Source: Candidatus Krumholzibacteriota bacterium (GTDB lineage: Bacteria > Krumholzibacteriota > Krumholzibacteriia > JAJRXK01). From it: a stretch of 64,000 nucleotides of DNA. The notes under the pieces were generated by a model. That model was not told the DNA's origin and searched no databases. It saw only the letters and a program-made list of their open reading frames with translations. The translations under genes were made by a program, and so were the position numbers. Shown piece by piece: positions 45,492 to 58,991 of this stretch (positions are counted from its first letter, which is position 1; every line of letters starts with the position of its first letter). The stretch is from positions 64,001 through 128,000 of the forward strand of contig CAVXTH010000006.1 in the NCBI GenBank assembly GCA_963764625.1. The letters run 5' to 3'.

Positions 45492-46457
45492 ATGACTCAA
45501 ACCGAAGACAGCGCCAGCTCGAATGCGACCTCTCCGGATGTCGTGCTCATCCTCAACCCCACTGCGGGAAAGGGGAGAGCGGGACGAGAGCTTGTGCACC
45601 TTCGCAGTCACTTCACGGCTCGGGGCATCAAGGCCGACATCTTCCTCACCCGCGCCGAGGGAGACGGACTCCGCATCATGGAAGGACTGGACCCGACCCC
45701 CGGAACCATCGTGATCGCGGCGGGAGGGGACGGAACAGTCCACGAGATTGGCGGGGCCTTGATCGACAAGCAGGACCTCAGCCTCGCAGTAATCCCCATG
45801 GGCTCGGGGAACGACTACGCCAAGTTGATGGGCATGCCGCTCGATCCAGTCCGCTGCCTCGATCTCATCATGGAGGGTACCGACCAACTCTGGGACGTGG
45901 GTTTGGTGGGCGAGGAGTTCTTCCTCAATTCCGTGGGCTTCGTCCTCTCCTCGGCCGTGAGCTGGCACAGTCGCCATACCGGTCCGCTCACCGGAAGCGC
46001 GCGCTATGGTATGGCAGCTCTCCGCGCATGGGCCGACCACCGGCCGGTTCGCATGGGCTTCGACGGCCTGAAGGCTTCAGGCGACCACTGGGTGAGTCTC
46101 ATGGAAGTCGGCATCGGCGATCGGGCTGGCGGGGGGTACCGTCTCACGCCGCAGGCCCACCCGGCCGATGGGCTTCTGGACGTGTGTCTGGTGGACGCCC
46201 TGACGCGCTGGAAAATCCCGCTTCTTCTGCCGCGGGCGCGGACGGGACGCCATCTGAATCATCCCAAAGTGCTCTACGAACAGGTCTCGGGATTTCGTCT
46301 GCGTCTGGACTCCCGCACACTGATTCACCTCGACGGGGAACTCAAACGCCTCGAGAAGGGTGAATACAGCATACGCGTGAAGGGAAAGTGTCTGCGGGTG
46401 CGCATTCCCCGAGCTCGGGCCGAGGCCCTCCAGAAGAGGAAGGAGGAGACACCGTGA
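45492..46457 (+). CDS. diacylglycerol kinase family (YegS-like) lipid kinase
   Basis: NPTAG, GGDGT, GSGND, DGLLD, DGE. Confidence 0.92.
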   Translation: MTQTEDSASSNATSPDVVLILNPTAGKGRAGRELVHLRSHFTARGIKADIFLTRAEGDGLRIMEGLDPTPGTIVIAAGGDGTVHEIGGALIDKQDLSLAVIPMGSGNDYAKLMGMPLDPVRCLDLIMEGTDQLWDVGLVGEEFFLNSVGFVLSSAVSWHSRHTGPLTGSARYGMAALRAWADHRPVRMGFDGLKASGDHWVSLMEVGIGDRAGGGYRLTPQAHPADGLLDVCLVDALTRWKIPLLLPRARTGRHLNHPKVLYEQVSGFRLRLDSRTLIHLDGELKRLEKGEYSIRVKGKCLRVRIPRARAEALQKRKEETP

Positions 46458-47095
46458 AGCCGCTGACCGGGCGATTCCTCGCTCTGATCGTGGGCTTGCA
46501 GTGTATTCTCGTACCCTCCTGGGCTCGGGCATGGGACGATCCTCTGGCCGGGGCCAATGCGGTGGCTCGCGAAGACTCGACCCACGCCGCTCCTGTCCCA
46601 TCCCCCCTCGATCTGGGAAACGGTCCGGTCTACCCGCCCGTCGATGCCGCGGCGGTCGACACCACTCGCTTCGAGGCCCGTTCCACGACCGCGGCGGTCC
46701 TGATGTCCGTTCCCCTCCCCGGCTGGGGCCAGTTCTACGGAGACGCCCCCTTCTGGGGCGTGGTCGCCTTCGGCGCGCAGATGTGGTTCTACGGGAACAT
46801 CGCGATGCAGCTGCGGCGACAGGAGCGCCAGCGTGTGGCCCGTGACCAGGCTCCCTTGGGAAGCGCGGAGCGTGAGGTGCGCGACGCCCTGGTGACCGAG
46901 CATTCCGAACGCGCCCGCGATTTCATCTGGTGGGCGGCTGGGTCGCTCCTCTTGGTCTCGTTGGATGCCTACGTCAGCGTTCAGCTGGTCGATTTCGACT
47001 CGCCCATCCCGCCGACTCCCGACCTCGAGCGCGGTCTCGGCGCGGAGCTCGATCATGGCGGGGTGGTCGCCCTGACCTTACAATTGCCCTTCTAA
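46454..47095 (+). CDS. membrane protein (DUF5683-like)
   Basis: [14 protein letters not shown]; AGGAGG RBS. Confidence 0.7.
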   Translation: MKPLTGRFLALIVGLQCILVPSWARAWDDPLAGANAVAREDSTHAAPVPSPLDLGNGPVYPPVDAAAVDTTRFEARSTTAAVLMSVPLPGWGQFYGDAPFWGVVAFGAQMWFYGNIAMQLRRQERQRVARDQAPLGSAEREVRDALVTEHSERARDFIWWAAGSLLLVSLDAYVSVQLVDFDSPIPPTPDLERGLGAELDHGGVVALTLQLPF

Positions 47096-47130
47096 GAGGG
47101 TCACCGCCACTCGCTCACGTGTCGAATTCC

Positions 47131-48931
47131 ATGCAACAGAGTCAAATACGAAATTTCTGCATCATCGCGCACATCGACCACGGGAAGTCGACTCTGGCCG
47201 ACCGTATCCTCGAACTCACCCATTCGGTGGCGGCCAAGGACATGCGCGCACAGCTCCTCGACTCGATGGACATCGAACAGGAGCGAGGCATCACCATCAA
47301 GAGCCATCCGGTGCGAATGGAATATCGTTCGCGCGAGGGACAAAATATCGTCTTCCATCTCATCGACACGCCGGGACACGTCGACTTCCACCACGAAGTC
47401 AGCCGCAGTCTCGCCGCGTGCGAGGGCTGCCTGCTGGTGGTCGATGCGGTGCAGGGAGTGCAGGCACAGACCATCAACAACCTCTATCTGGCCTTGGAGC
47501 ACGACCTCGCCATCATCCCCGTCATCAACAAGATTGATCTTCCAGCCGCGCGTCCCGACGAGATCAAGGAGCAGATCACCGATCTCATCGGTTGCGAGGA
47601 GGAAGAGATCGCCCTGGTCAGCGCCAAGAGTGGGGAGGGCGTCGAGGAATTGCTCGAGAGGATCATCAGGCTGATTCCGCCTCCACAAGGGAAGCGGGAG
47701 GCGCCGCTGCGCGCGCTGGTCTTCGACAGTCAGTTCGACGCCTACCGGGGAACCATCGCCTACGTGCGCGTCGTCGACGGTGGCGTGACCAAGGGCGATA
47801 CCATCAAGATGATGGGTGGGGGTCAAGTTCACGAAGTGATGGAGACCGGCTACTTCAAGCTCCAGCAGATTCCCACCGACAAGCTCGAGGCGGGCATGGT
47901 GGGATATCGTTGCGACGGGAGCCAAGAGCGTATCGGCCGTGCGGATGGGAGATACCATCACCCACATGGAGAAGCCGGCCGCCGAACCAGTCTTGGGATA
48001 CGTTGAAGCACGTCCCATGGTCTTCAGCGGATTCTATCCCATCGTCAGCGACGACTACGATTTGCTGAAGGACTCGCTGGAGAAGCTTCAGCTCAACGAT
48101 GCGGCCCTGACCTTCGAGCCGGAAACCAGCGCCGCGCTGGGATTTGGATTTCGCTGCGGGTTTCTGGGGCTCCTGCACATGGAAATCGTGCAGGAGAGGC
48201 TCGAGCGCGAGTACAATCTGAATCTCATCGCGACCTTGCCGAACGTAGAGTACAAGTGCCTTCTCAAGTCGGGGAAGGAACTCACGATCGAGAACCCCAG
48301 TATCATGCCTCAGCCCCAAGAGCTCGAGGAAATGTCCGAGCCCTACGTCAAGGCCTCGATCATCGTTCCCAAGGAGTACGTGGGGGCGGTCATGAAGCTC
48401 ACTCAGGATCGGCGGGGGGAACAGGATTCGATGGCGTATCTGAGCGGGGACAGGGTCGAACTCCAATACCGGATGCCGCTGGCGGAGCTCGTGGTCGATT
48501 TCTACGACAAACTCAAGAGCGTAACTCGAGGGTATGCCAGCCTTGACTACGAGCTATGGGAGTATAAGGTCAGCGATCTGGTGAAACTGGATATCATGCT
48601 CAACGGCGAGCCGGTGGATGCACTCAGCGTGATCGTCCACCGCAGCAAGGCCTACGAGTTCGGGAGATCGCTCTGCGTCAAGTTGAAGGAGCTGATTCCG
48701 CGCCAGCTCTTCGCGGTCGCGGTTCAGGCGGCGCTGGGGAGTCGGGTGATCGCACGGACGACGGTGAAGGCGCTTCGCAAGAACGTCACCGCCAAGTGCT
48801 ACGGCGGCGACATCTCGCGTAAACGCAAGTTGCTGGAGAAACAGAAGGAAGGAAAGAAGCGCATGAAGCAGGTGGGCAGCGTGGAGATTCCTCAGGAGGC
48901 CTTTCTGGCAGTGCTCAAGGTGGAACGGTGA
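47131..48931 (+). CDS. lepA: translation elongation factor 4 LepA, split by a +1 frameshift near 47908
   Basis: [16 protein letters not shown] in the first frame; [11 protein letters not shown] and [14 protein letters not shown] in the second frame. Confidence 0.95.
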
Positions 48932-49602
48932 GTAAGAGAAACAAGATCAAGAACTCAGGGGAATCGGAAAAACCAGACGCGCCCAAGGCGGCCAAGCTCA
49001 AGCGCAAGTCCGTAGTCCGTGAATACGCCGAGGCAATCCTGTGGGCGGTCGTGCTGGCCCTCCTCATCCGCACCTTCGCGTTTCAGGCCTTCAGAATCCC
49101 GTCGTCGTCGATGGAGGACACCCTGCTCATCGGCGACTATCTGTTCGTGAGCAAGTTTCTGTACGGCGCGGAGATACCGTTCACCCACGGTGCGCGGCTC
49201 CCCGCGGTTCGGCAACCGCACCGGGGCGACATCATCGTTTTCCGCTATCCAGAAGATCCCAGTGTCGACTACATCAAGCGCTGCGTGGCGGTCGGAGGGG
49301 ACACTCTCCTCTTTCGCGACAAAACCCTCTACATCAACGGCAAGGCACAGGATGAGCCCTTCACCAAGTACGTCGACGCCGGCCGATCGCACCGGCCCGG
49401 TTTCGATTCGGTGGGCCCCTTGGTGGTGCCCAAGGGGGAGCTGTTCATGATGGGCGACAATCGGGATCGGAGCGCCGACTCGAGAGTGTGGGGATTTCTG
49501 GACAAGAAATACCTGCGGGGCAAGGCTCTGTTTCTGTACTGGTCGTGGGATTCCAACGCCAAGCACCCCCGCTTCGGCCGGATTCTACACCTGGTAAAAT
49601 GA
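48928..49602 (+). CDS. lepB: signal peptidase I
   Basis: [26 protein letters not shown]. Confidence 0.96.
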   Translation: MSKRNKIKNSGESEKPDAPKAAKLKRKSVVREYAEAILWAVVLALLIRTFAFQAFRIPSSSMEDTLLIGDYLFVSKFLYGAEIPFTHGARLPAVRQPHRGDIIVFRYPEDPSVDYIKRCVAVGGDTLLFRDKTLYINGKAQDEPFTKYVDAGRSHRPGFDSVGPLVVPKGELFMMGDNRDRSADSRVWGFLDKKYLRGKALFLYWSWDSNAKHPRFGRILHLVK

Positions 49603-50726
49603 GCCACGAGGACCGCGGAGTCGCCCTCTACGTACACATTCCCTTTTGTGACCGCCGGTGTCCGTACTGCCATTTCTACTGTTTCGTGAACAAGGACGAC
49701 GCGCTCCCTTTGCGTTACACGCAAGCGCTGGCGCGGGAGCTTGCGCTTCACTCCGAACGACTGAATGAGGGAATTTCCTCGGTCTATTTCGGGGGCGGAA
49801 CTCCGAGCGTGCTCGATGGACAGGCGCGGGAATCCCTCTGCCGTTGGCTGCAAGAGGAACTGGGCCCATACCTTCTCCCGGACGCTGAACTCACTCTCGA
49901 AGTAAACCCGGAGAGTGCGCGACCCGAAGCCCTCGATGTCTGGGTCGACGCCGGCGTGAATCGTATCAGCCTGGGGATTCAGAGCATGGATCAGAGCGTG
50001 CTCTCCTTTCTGGGTCGCTTGAACACCCCGGAATCGAATCGTCGCGCTCTGAATCTCTGTTGCGAGCGCGTGGAGAACCTGAGCATCGATCTCATCCTCG
50101 CGACTCCCGGAAGTAGGGCCGATGCTCTTGGATCCTCGCTCGAACTGGTGAAGCAACTTCCCATCACGCATCTCTCGGCTTACCTCCTGGAGATTCATCC
50201 CGAGACACGCTTCGGCCGCGACGTGGCGCAGGGACGCTGGGCTCCGCGTCCCGATGAGGAACAAGCAAAAACCTATCTCGCGGCCGTCGAGTTTCTGAAG
50301 GAGGCGGGCTTCGAGCACTACGAGTTGAGCAACTTCGCGCGGGACGGACTCTTTTCGCGACACAACCAATCGTACTGGTCGGGGAAGACCTACCTGGGCT
50401 TGGGTGCCTCGGCCCATTCATTCGACGGTGAGCGCCGCTGGTGGAACTTCTCTGACGCCGACGCATGGTGCACCGCGCTCGAGCAAGGGCGCAGCGGCGT
50501 CGCGGGCATCGAACTTCTCGACGCCAAACAGAAGCGCGACGAGGAGATTCTCCTGGGATTGCGCACGCGCGCCGGACTCGATCCCGGTTGGCTTTCCGGT
50601 CGGCGAGAACTCTGGAGGGAATGGATCGGCGCGGGGTACGCCGAGATCGACGCGGGGCGTCCGCGGCTGACCCCGAGCGGATGGCTGGTCATGGACGAGA
50701 TCGCCCGGGTGCTCGCCGCCAGCTGA
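49599..50726 (+). CDS. hemW: radical SAM heme chaperone
   Basis: YVHIPFC..RCPYC.F, GGGTPS, YELSNF, HNQSYW. Confidence 0.92.
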   Translation: MSHEDRGVALYVHIPFCDRRCPYCHFYCFVNKDDALPLRYTQALARELALHSERLNEGISSVYFGGGTPSVLDGQARESLCRWLQEELGPYLLPDAELTLEVNPESARPEALDVWVDAGVNRISLGIQSMDQSVLSFLGRLNTPESNRRALNLCCERVENLSIDLILATPGSRADALGSSLELVKQLPITHLSAYLLEIHPETRFGRDVAQGRWAPRPDEEQAKTYLAAVEFLKEAGFEHYELSNFARDGLFSRHNQSYWSGKTYLGLGASAHSFDGERRWWNFSDADAWCTALEQGRSGVAGIELLDAKQKRDEEILLGLRTRAGLDPGWLSGRRELWREWIGAGYAEIDAGRPRLTPSGWLVMDEIARVLAAS

Positions 50727-50832
50727 ATCCGGCGCCCTCTGCCGGGGGCCGCGCCCCGAGCTTCGCTCGGGAACCAGACCGCAACGTTCATCATGACAGC
50801 AACTTAGCTTTCCGGTTTGGTCTGCCGATCGC

Positions 50833-50861
50833 TTGACACTTTCCAAGCACTACCTTAGTTC
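50833..50861 (+). promoter_or_regulatory. sigma70-type promoter for the hrcA operon
   Basis: TTGACA-N17-TAGTTC. Confidence 0.45.
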
Positions 50862-50904
50862 TAGATTTTTGTGGAACGAGAGCGGACGGAGAGGAGGTTC
50901 CCCA

Positions 50905-51936
50905 CTGCGCAGTCCCATCGAGGAGCGAGATCGAAAGGTTCTGCAGGCACTCATCCGGATTTACGTCGAGCGGCGTGAACCGGTCTCCAGCCGCATGATC
51001 GAGGAGGAAGCGAATCTGGGAATTCGCAGCGCCTCGATTCGTAACGTCCTGGGCCGGCTCGAGCGCGACGGTCTGGTGGTGAAGCCTCACAGTTCGTCGG
51101 GACGGATTCCCACCGACGAAGGATACCGCGCGTTCGTGGATCAATTGCTCCCCGGCGACATGGCGCGCGAGCAGGAGAAGGCCATCGACCGCGCGCTGCG
51201 CGAAGCCGGGGAAGACCTCTCGCAAATTCTGCAGGCCACGGCACGGATGCTCGGTCGTTTCAGCTCGAACATCGCGATCATGGCCGGGCCCAAACAGAAG
51301 GACCGGAGTTCGCGCATCGACGGCGTCGAAATTCATGACCGCGGCGGCGGACACGTACTCCTCGCGGTGACTCTCGACAGCGGCACGGTGCGCACGGAAC
51401 TCGTTGATTTGAGAAGGGAGGTCAAACTGGGAATTCTCATCGCCGCCTCCTCCTTTCTCGCCGAGCGTCTCACGGGACACCGACTCGAGGACTGCCGCCA
51501 CGAGCTCGAACCCTACCTCACCGGCGAGTTCGATGAGGCTCGAAGCGTAGCCACCGACGTGGCCCAGAAGGGACGCGGGATCTTCGGACCCGAGCAGGTA
51601 CTGCGGATCACCTTCGAGGGAATCCCCGAGGCCCTCGAGCAACCCGAATTCGCCGACCCGGTTCGCCTCAAGAATCTCCTGGAACTGGTTGCGCGCCACG
51701 AGCTCTTCGAGCAGGCTCTGGATGATTTCGTGACCGGGGAAGTTGGAGAAGTGAGCCTGGCGATCGGTCGGGAGAACCCCTTGGAGGCGCTGCACCCCTT
51801 CACCCTGATGGCGACACGGTACGAACTGGGCGGGTCCACCGGGTATCTGGGGGTTCTTGGGCCTCGCCGGATGCGCTACGCGCGGACTCTTGCCCTCATC
51901 CACGGCATTGCGGCCCATCTGGATCGCTTGTCCTGA
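50905..51936 (+). CDS. hrcA: heat-inducible transcription repressor (probable CTG start; ORF track starts at TTG 50833)
   Basis: EPVSSR, SASIRN, PHSSSGRIPTDEGYR, GVLGPRRMRY. Confidence 0.93.
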   Translation: MRSPIEERDRKVLQALIRIYVERREPVSSRMIEEEANLGIRSASIRNVLGRLERDGLVVKPHSSSGRIPTDEGYRAFVDQLLPGDMAREQEKAIDRALREAGEDLSQILQATARMLGRFSSNIAIMAGPKQKDRSSRIDGVEIHDRGGGHVLLAVTLDSGTVRTELVDLRREVKLGILIAASSFLAERLTGHRLEDCRHELEPYLTGEFDEARSVATDVAQKGRGIFGPEQVLRITFEGIPEALEQPEFADPVRLKNLLELVARHELFEQALDDFVTGEVGEVSLAIGRENPLEALHPFTLMATRYELGGSTGYLGVLGPRRMRYARTLALIHGIAAHLDRLS

Positions 51937-52023
51937 GCCATTTGGGCATGGTTCCTTCTAAAGATATTCCCTGATTCCGTGGGTAGTGGCCCGCTGTGCC
52001 GTGCCCCAAGCTGGAGGAAATTG

Positions 52024-52830
52024 ATGGCGACCGAGTCAGATTCGAATCCCACCTCCCAGGCTCCCACTGGGGAAGAAGATGTCCCCGTGCGGGGATCCGC
52101 CCCCAGAGGCGCGGGAAACGCCCGTACCCCGGGCGAAGACCGCAGTGGCATGCCGGGCTGGTTCGTCGAGGCGGAGGATGACGAGCAGGAGGACGTCTCC
52201 CACGGCACCCCCCCGGTGCGCGAGGAACCCGCGGGAGCCGAATCGAACGCCGCGCGGGGCGAAGCAGCGGCCCCGGCGGATGAAATGGAGGCAGGGCCTC
52301 CCTCCGGTGACGCTCTCTCGTCCGATCTGGAGGTCGGGATGGCGGCCGAGCCGGCTGAACTGGAGGAGCCAGCCGAAAATGAAGTGGAGCTTTGGCGAAG
52401 AAAAGCCGAAGAAAACCGAAACAAGTGGATACGCGCTATGGCGGAAATGGAGAATTTTCGCAAACGCAGTCGTCGGGAGATCGAGAGTTCCATCAATTTT
52501 GCTAATGCAAATCTACTCAGGGAACTTCTCGAAGTTCTGGACAACTTCGAACGCGCCCAGGGCGCGGCCAGCATTGGCGAGGAGGGTTCCACCGAGGCCT
52601 ACATGGAGGGGATTCGTCTCATCTACCAGCGCTTCGTGGACGTCTTGCGACAGAGTGGTCTCGAGCGGATTCCGGCCAAGGGGGAAGGTTTCGACCCCAA
52701 TCTGCATGAGGCGGTGTCGCAAATCGAGACGGATGAGGTGGAAAGCGGACAGATCGCCCACGTTGTCCAGGAAGGCTACCGACTCAAGGACATGGTTCTG
52801 CGCCCCGCAAAAGTTGTGGTCGCAAAATAG
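52024..52830 (+). CDS. grpE: nucleotide exchange factor with long acidic N-terminus
   Basis: [27 protein letters not shown]....VLRPAKV; GGAGG RBS. Confidence 0.96.
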   Translation: MATESDSNPTSQAPTGEEDVPVRGSAPRGAGNARTPGEDRSGMPGWFVEAEDDEQEDVSHGTPPVREEPAGAESNAARGEAAAPADEMEAGPPSGDALSSDLEVGMAAEPAELEEPAENEVELWRRKAEENRNKWIRAMAEMENFRKRSRREIESSINFANANLLRELLEVLDNFERAQGAASIGEEGSTEAYMEGIRLIYQRFVDVLRQSGLERIPAKGEGFDPNLHEAVSQIETDEVESGQIAHVVQEGYRLKDMVLRPAKVVVAK

Positions 52831-52850
52831 GACCCCGGGAGGGCCCCACG

Positions 52851-54643
52851 ATGGCAAAAGTACTGGGAATCGATCTGGGAACCACCAACAGCTGTTGCGC
52901 CGTTCTCAACTCGGGCCAACCCGAGATCATCGTCAACGAGCATGGTCACCGGACCACGCCTTCGGTGGTGTGCTATAGCAAGACCGGAGAGTGGCTGGTC
53001 GGGCATCTGGCCAAGCGACAGGCGATCACCAATCCCGAAAATACCGTGGCATCGATCAAGCGGTTCATGGGAATGCGTCACGACGAGGTTCCCCTCGAGT
53101 GTGAGCGCGCCGGATACGAAGTCAGCAAGTCCGACACCGGCATGGTGGAGATCAAGATCGGGAACGAAAAGTTCTCTCCGGTGGAGATCTCGGCCATGAT
53201 TCTGCGCACCATCCGCGAGCGCGCCGAAGAGGCTCTGGGGGAGGAGATCCACCAGGCGGTCATTACGGTCCCTGCCTACTTCAACGACGCGCAGCGCCAG
53301 GCCACGAAAGACGCGGGAACGGTGGCCGGTCTCGACGTACTGAGAATCATCAACGAACCGACGGCCGCGGCTTTGGCTTACGGTCTCGACGAAAAAGAAG
53401 CCCAGTGCATCGCGGTTTACGACCTAGGTGGAGGCACTTTCGATATCTCGATTCTGCGCGTTGGGGACGGCGTCTTCGAAGTGAAATCGACCAACGGAGA
53501 CACCCACCTGGGCGGTGACGACTTCGACCAGGCGCTCATCGATTTTCTCGCCGGGGAATTCGAGAAGGAAACCGGCATCAAGCTGCTCGAGGACCGCATG
53601 GCCCGCGGCCGTCTCAAAGAGGCGGCTGAAAAGGCCAAGTGCGACCTCTCCACCAGTCTGGAGACCCACATCAACCTGCCGTTCATCTCGAACGACGCCA
53701 CCGGGCCAGTTCATCTGGACATGCCCCTGACGCGAGCCCGCTTCGAGGCACTCACCGCCAATCTGGTGGATCGCTCCATGGAGCCCTGCGCGCAGGCGCT
53801 GGAAGACTCCGGTCTAGCCCCTTCGGACATCGACGAAGTCATTCTGGTGGGCGGATCGACGCGCATACCTTCGGTGCAGCAGGCGGTGGCCGAACTCTTC
53901 GGCAAGACCCCCAGTAAGACCGTGAACCCCGACGAAGTGGTCGCGATGGGAGCGGCGATTCAAGCCGGCGTGTTGAGCGGGGCGTTGGAGGACGTGCTCC
54001 TCTTGGACGTCACGCCTCTGAGTTTGGGAATCGAGACTCTGGGGAGCGTCATGACGCGCCTCATCGAACGCAACACCACGATTCCCACCCGTAGGACCCA
54101 GATCTTCTCCACCGCCGGCGACAATCAGTCCGCGGTGAGTATTCACGTGCTGCAGGGCGAGCGCGAAATGGCCGTGGACAATCGCAGCCTCGCCAGACTC
54201 GATCTCGTCGGGATTCCACCCGCGCCTCGAGGGGTTCCCCAAATCGAGGTCACCTTCGACATCGACGTCAACGGGATCCTCCACGTGCACGCCAAGGACC
54301 TAGGTACCGGCAAGGAGCAGAAGATCTCGGTGAAGAGCACTTCGAATCTCACCGAGGAATCGGTGGACCGCATGGTCCGCGAGGCCGAGATCCGCATGGA
54401 AGAGGACAAGCTGAAGCGCAAACTCGCCGAAACGCGCAATCGCGCCGAGATGCTGTTGCTCAATGTCGAGACCGTCTTTGCGGAGCATGGCTCGCGCGTG
54501 GGCGAGGATGAACGCAAGAAGATCGCCGAGGACATAGAGAAACTACGCGCGGCGCTCGAGGCCAAGGACGTTGCAGGCATCCAGAGCGCGATGGAGTACT
54601 TGAACGAATCCTCGCACCGCATGGCCGACGCCCTCTACCAGTA

Positions 54644-54644
<1 letters not shown>
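52851..54644 (+). CDS. dnaK: chaperone DnaK
   Basis: [42 protein letters not shown]. Confidence 0.98.
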
Positions 54645-57129
<2,485 letters not shown>

Positions 57130-57133
57130 AGCC

Positions 57134-57865
57134 ATGGAAGTCCAGTGGCTTCCCGCCGGCTCCCTCAAGGGCAAGAGCATCCTCTTGGAAGGCGACGAGG
57201 CGCGTCATATCCTGAAGGTGCGGCGCCGGTCGGTGGGAGATGAACTGACTTTCACCGCCGGCGACGGCAGCTTCATCCACGCCCGCATCGATCGCTGCGA
57301 CAGCCACAGTCTTCATGCCGAAATCCAGCGACGCGAGCAGGACCCACGAGAGCTCAACGCGCGCAGACTCACCCTGGCTCTCGCTCTCCTGAAGAACGAC
57401 CATTTCGAGCTCGCACTGGAGAAATGCGTCGAGCTTGGAGTGCACGAGATCGTGCCGCTGCTCGCCGAGCACTGCGTGGTGCGTTGGAAGGAAGGTTCAG
57501 AGTCCCGCAAACTGGAGCGTTGGAGTCGCATCGCGGTGAGCGCCATGAAACAGTCGGGCCGGTCGTGGCTTCCCCCAGTGCGTGCTCCAAGGAAGCTGCA
57601 GGAACTTCCTGCCGTGGTGGACGAAACAGCGTCCTGGATCGTCGGCGACGAGACCGAACGAGAGGTGCTCGTGTCGCAGGTGGATCTCAGGAGCGCCGGA
57701 TCATGCCTCGCCCTAATCGGCCCCGAAGGGGGCTTCAGCGAGTCCGAACGCGAGTGGTTGTCCGAGCGCGGAGCCACCGCGGTCAGTCTTTCGCCCTTCC
57801 GACTCCGAGCTGAGACAGCGGCAATCGCTCTCGTCTCGTCTCTCGCGGGGCCGCGCTTGACCTGA
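57134..57865 (+). CDS. rsmE: 16S rRNA m3U1498 methyltransferase
   Basis: H..KVRR, EK.VELG, QSGR, IGPEGGFS, LRAETA. Confidence 0.95.
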   Translation: MEVQWLPAGSLKGKSILLEGDEARHILKVRRRSVGDELTFTAGDGSFIHARIDRCDSHSLHAEIQRREQDPRELNARRLTLALALLKNDHFELALEKCVELGVHEIVPLLAEHCVVRWKEGSESRKLERWSRIAVSAMKQSGRSWLPPVRAPRKLQELPAVVDETASWIVGDETEREVLVSQVDLRSAGSCLALIGPEGGFSESEREWLSERGATAVSLSPFRLRAETAAIALVSSLAGPRLT

Positions 57866-57886
57866 AGGCCAGCTGATCCCTAGACT
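57857..57886 (+). promoter_or_regulatory. sigma70-type promoter for the yqeY-rpoD cluster
   Basis: TTGACC-N18-TAGACT. Confidence 0.5.
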
Positions 57887-57920
57887 CTCGTTCTCCCTTC
57901 GTTCGATCTCGCCAACCGGA

Positions 57921-58382
57921 GTGATGCCAGTGACGGTCAGTTTAGCGCAGCGCCTTCACGACGACATGGTGAAGGCCATGAAGCAAAGGGAAAAAGAGCG
58001 GCTGAGCGTGGTGAGGATGTTACTCGCGCTGGTCAAGGACGCCGCGATCGAAAAGCGCGCAGAACCTAGCGACGAGGAAGTTCTGCGCATGATCCATAGC
58101 TACGCGAAGAAGCGCGAGGACGCCAAGAGGGAAGCGGCGCGGGCAGGGCGCGACGATCTTATCGCGAAGGAAGATTTCGAGTTGAGCGTTCTGGCCGACT
58201 ATCTCCCGCAGGCCATGGACGACGACGAATTGAAAGAGCTGGTCGAAAAGACGATCCACGAACTCGGCGCGAGCTCGATGAAGGACATGGGTCGCGTCAT
58301 GAAAGAGTGTCAGGAGCGCGCGCAGGGGCGGGCCGACGGAAGTCGCATCAGCGCGATGGTCAAACCGCGTCTTTCGGGGTGA
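57921..58382 (+). CDS. GatB/YqeY domain protein
   Basis: AMK, R.DL..KE..E, YLP, KDMGRVM, GRADG. Confidence 0.93.
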   Translation: MMPVTVSLAQRLHDDMVKAMKQREKERLSVVRMLLALVKDAAIEKRAEPSDEEVLRMIHSYAKKREDAKREAARAGRDDLIAKEDFELSVLADYLPQAMDDDELKELVEKTIHELGASSMKDMGRVMKECQERAQGRADGSRISAMVKPRLSG

Positions 58383-58392
58383 GGAACGCAGA

Positions 58393-58989
58393 ATGCCCAC
58401 CATCATCGTTCTCAGTATTCTCATCATCCTCGCCATGATGGTGGACGGCTTCCGCCATGGTGTCCTTCAGCGCACTCTGGAAACCGTCGGATTCATCGCC
58501 GTCTTTATCTTCGCTTCCCGCCTGGCCGACTGGATCGAACCAACCCTCACCAAGGGATTGGCCGCCACGCCAAGGATCGCGTTCTTCGGCTCTTGGGCCA
58601 TCGTCCTGGTGGGGGGAGTCATTTTCGTGCGCATTGCCTCGGCCGCGTTCGCGAGCCTCATGAAATTCTCCATCGTGGGAATGCTCGACCACATCGGGGG
58701 CATGATCATGGGGCTGCTCTTTGGCTGCCTGCTCGTGAGCGTTCTGTTGATCGGAATGATCGCCGCCACCGACTCTCCTCGCCTGCGTACCGAAATCCAG
58801 GATCATCCCTTCACCGGACCCCTGCTGCACGTGGCTCCGGACGTCTACGACGTGGCTGCCAAGGCCTGGCATGGTGAGGGCTTCTTCAAGATGATCCAGG
58901 AACGGCTGGAGCCACTCGGCAAGGAGACCATCGACACGCTCAAAGCCCACGTCTCCCACTACGCGAAAGACGGCCAGAAGGAGAACTAG
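58393..58989 (+). CDS. cvpA: CvpA family membrane protein
   Basis: GFRHG, LDHIGG...GL, TM-rich; upstream of mutS2. Confidence 0.8.
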   Translation: MPTIIVLSILIILAMMVDGFRHGVLQRTLETVGFIAVFIFASRLADWIEPTLTKGLAATPRIAFFGSWAIVLVGGVIFVRIASAAFASLMKFSIVGMLDHIGGMIMGLLFGCLLVSVLLIGMIAATDSPRLRTEIQDHPFTGPLLHVAPDVYDVAAKAWHGEGFFKMIQERLEPLGKETIDTLKAHVSHYAKDGQKEN

Positions 58990-58991
58990 CC

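Noticed and set aside
50804-50828. TTAGCTTTC...GTCTGCCGA as a CIRCE element
   Set aside because: Multiple mismatches and a 7-nt rather than 9-nt spacer
51944-51959. GGGCATGGTTCCTTCT as a sigma54 promoter for grpE
   Set aside because: Lacks the GC at -12
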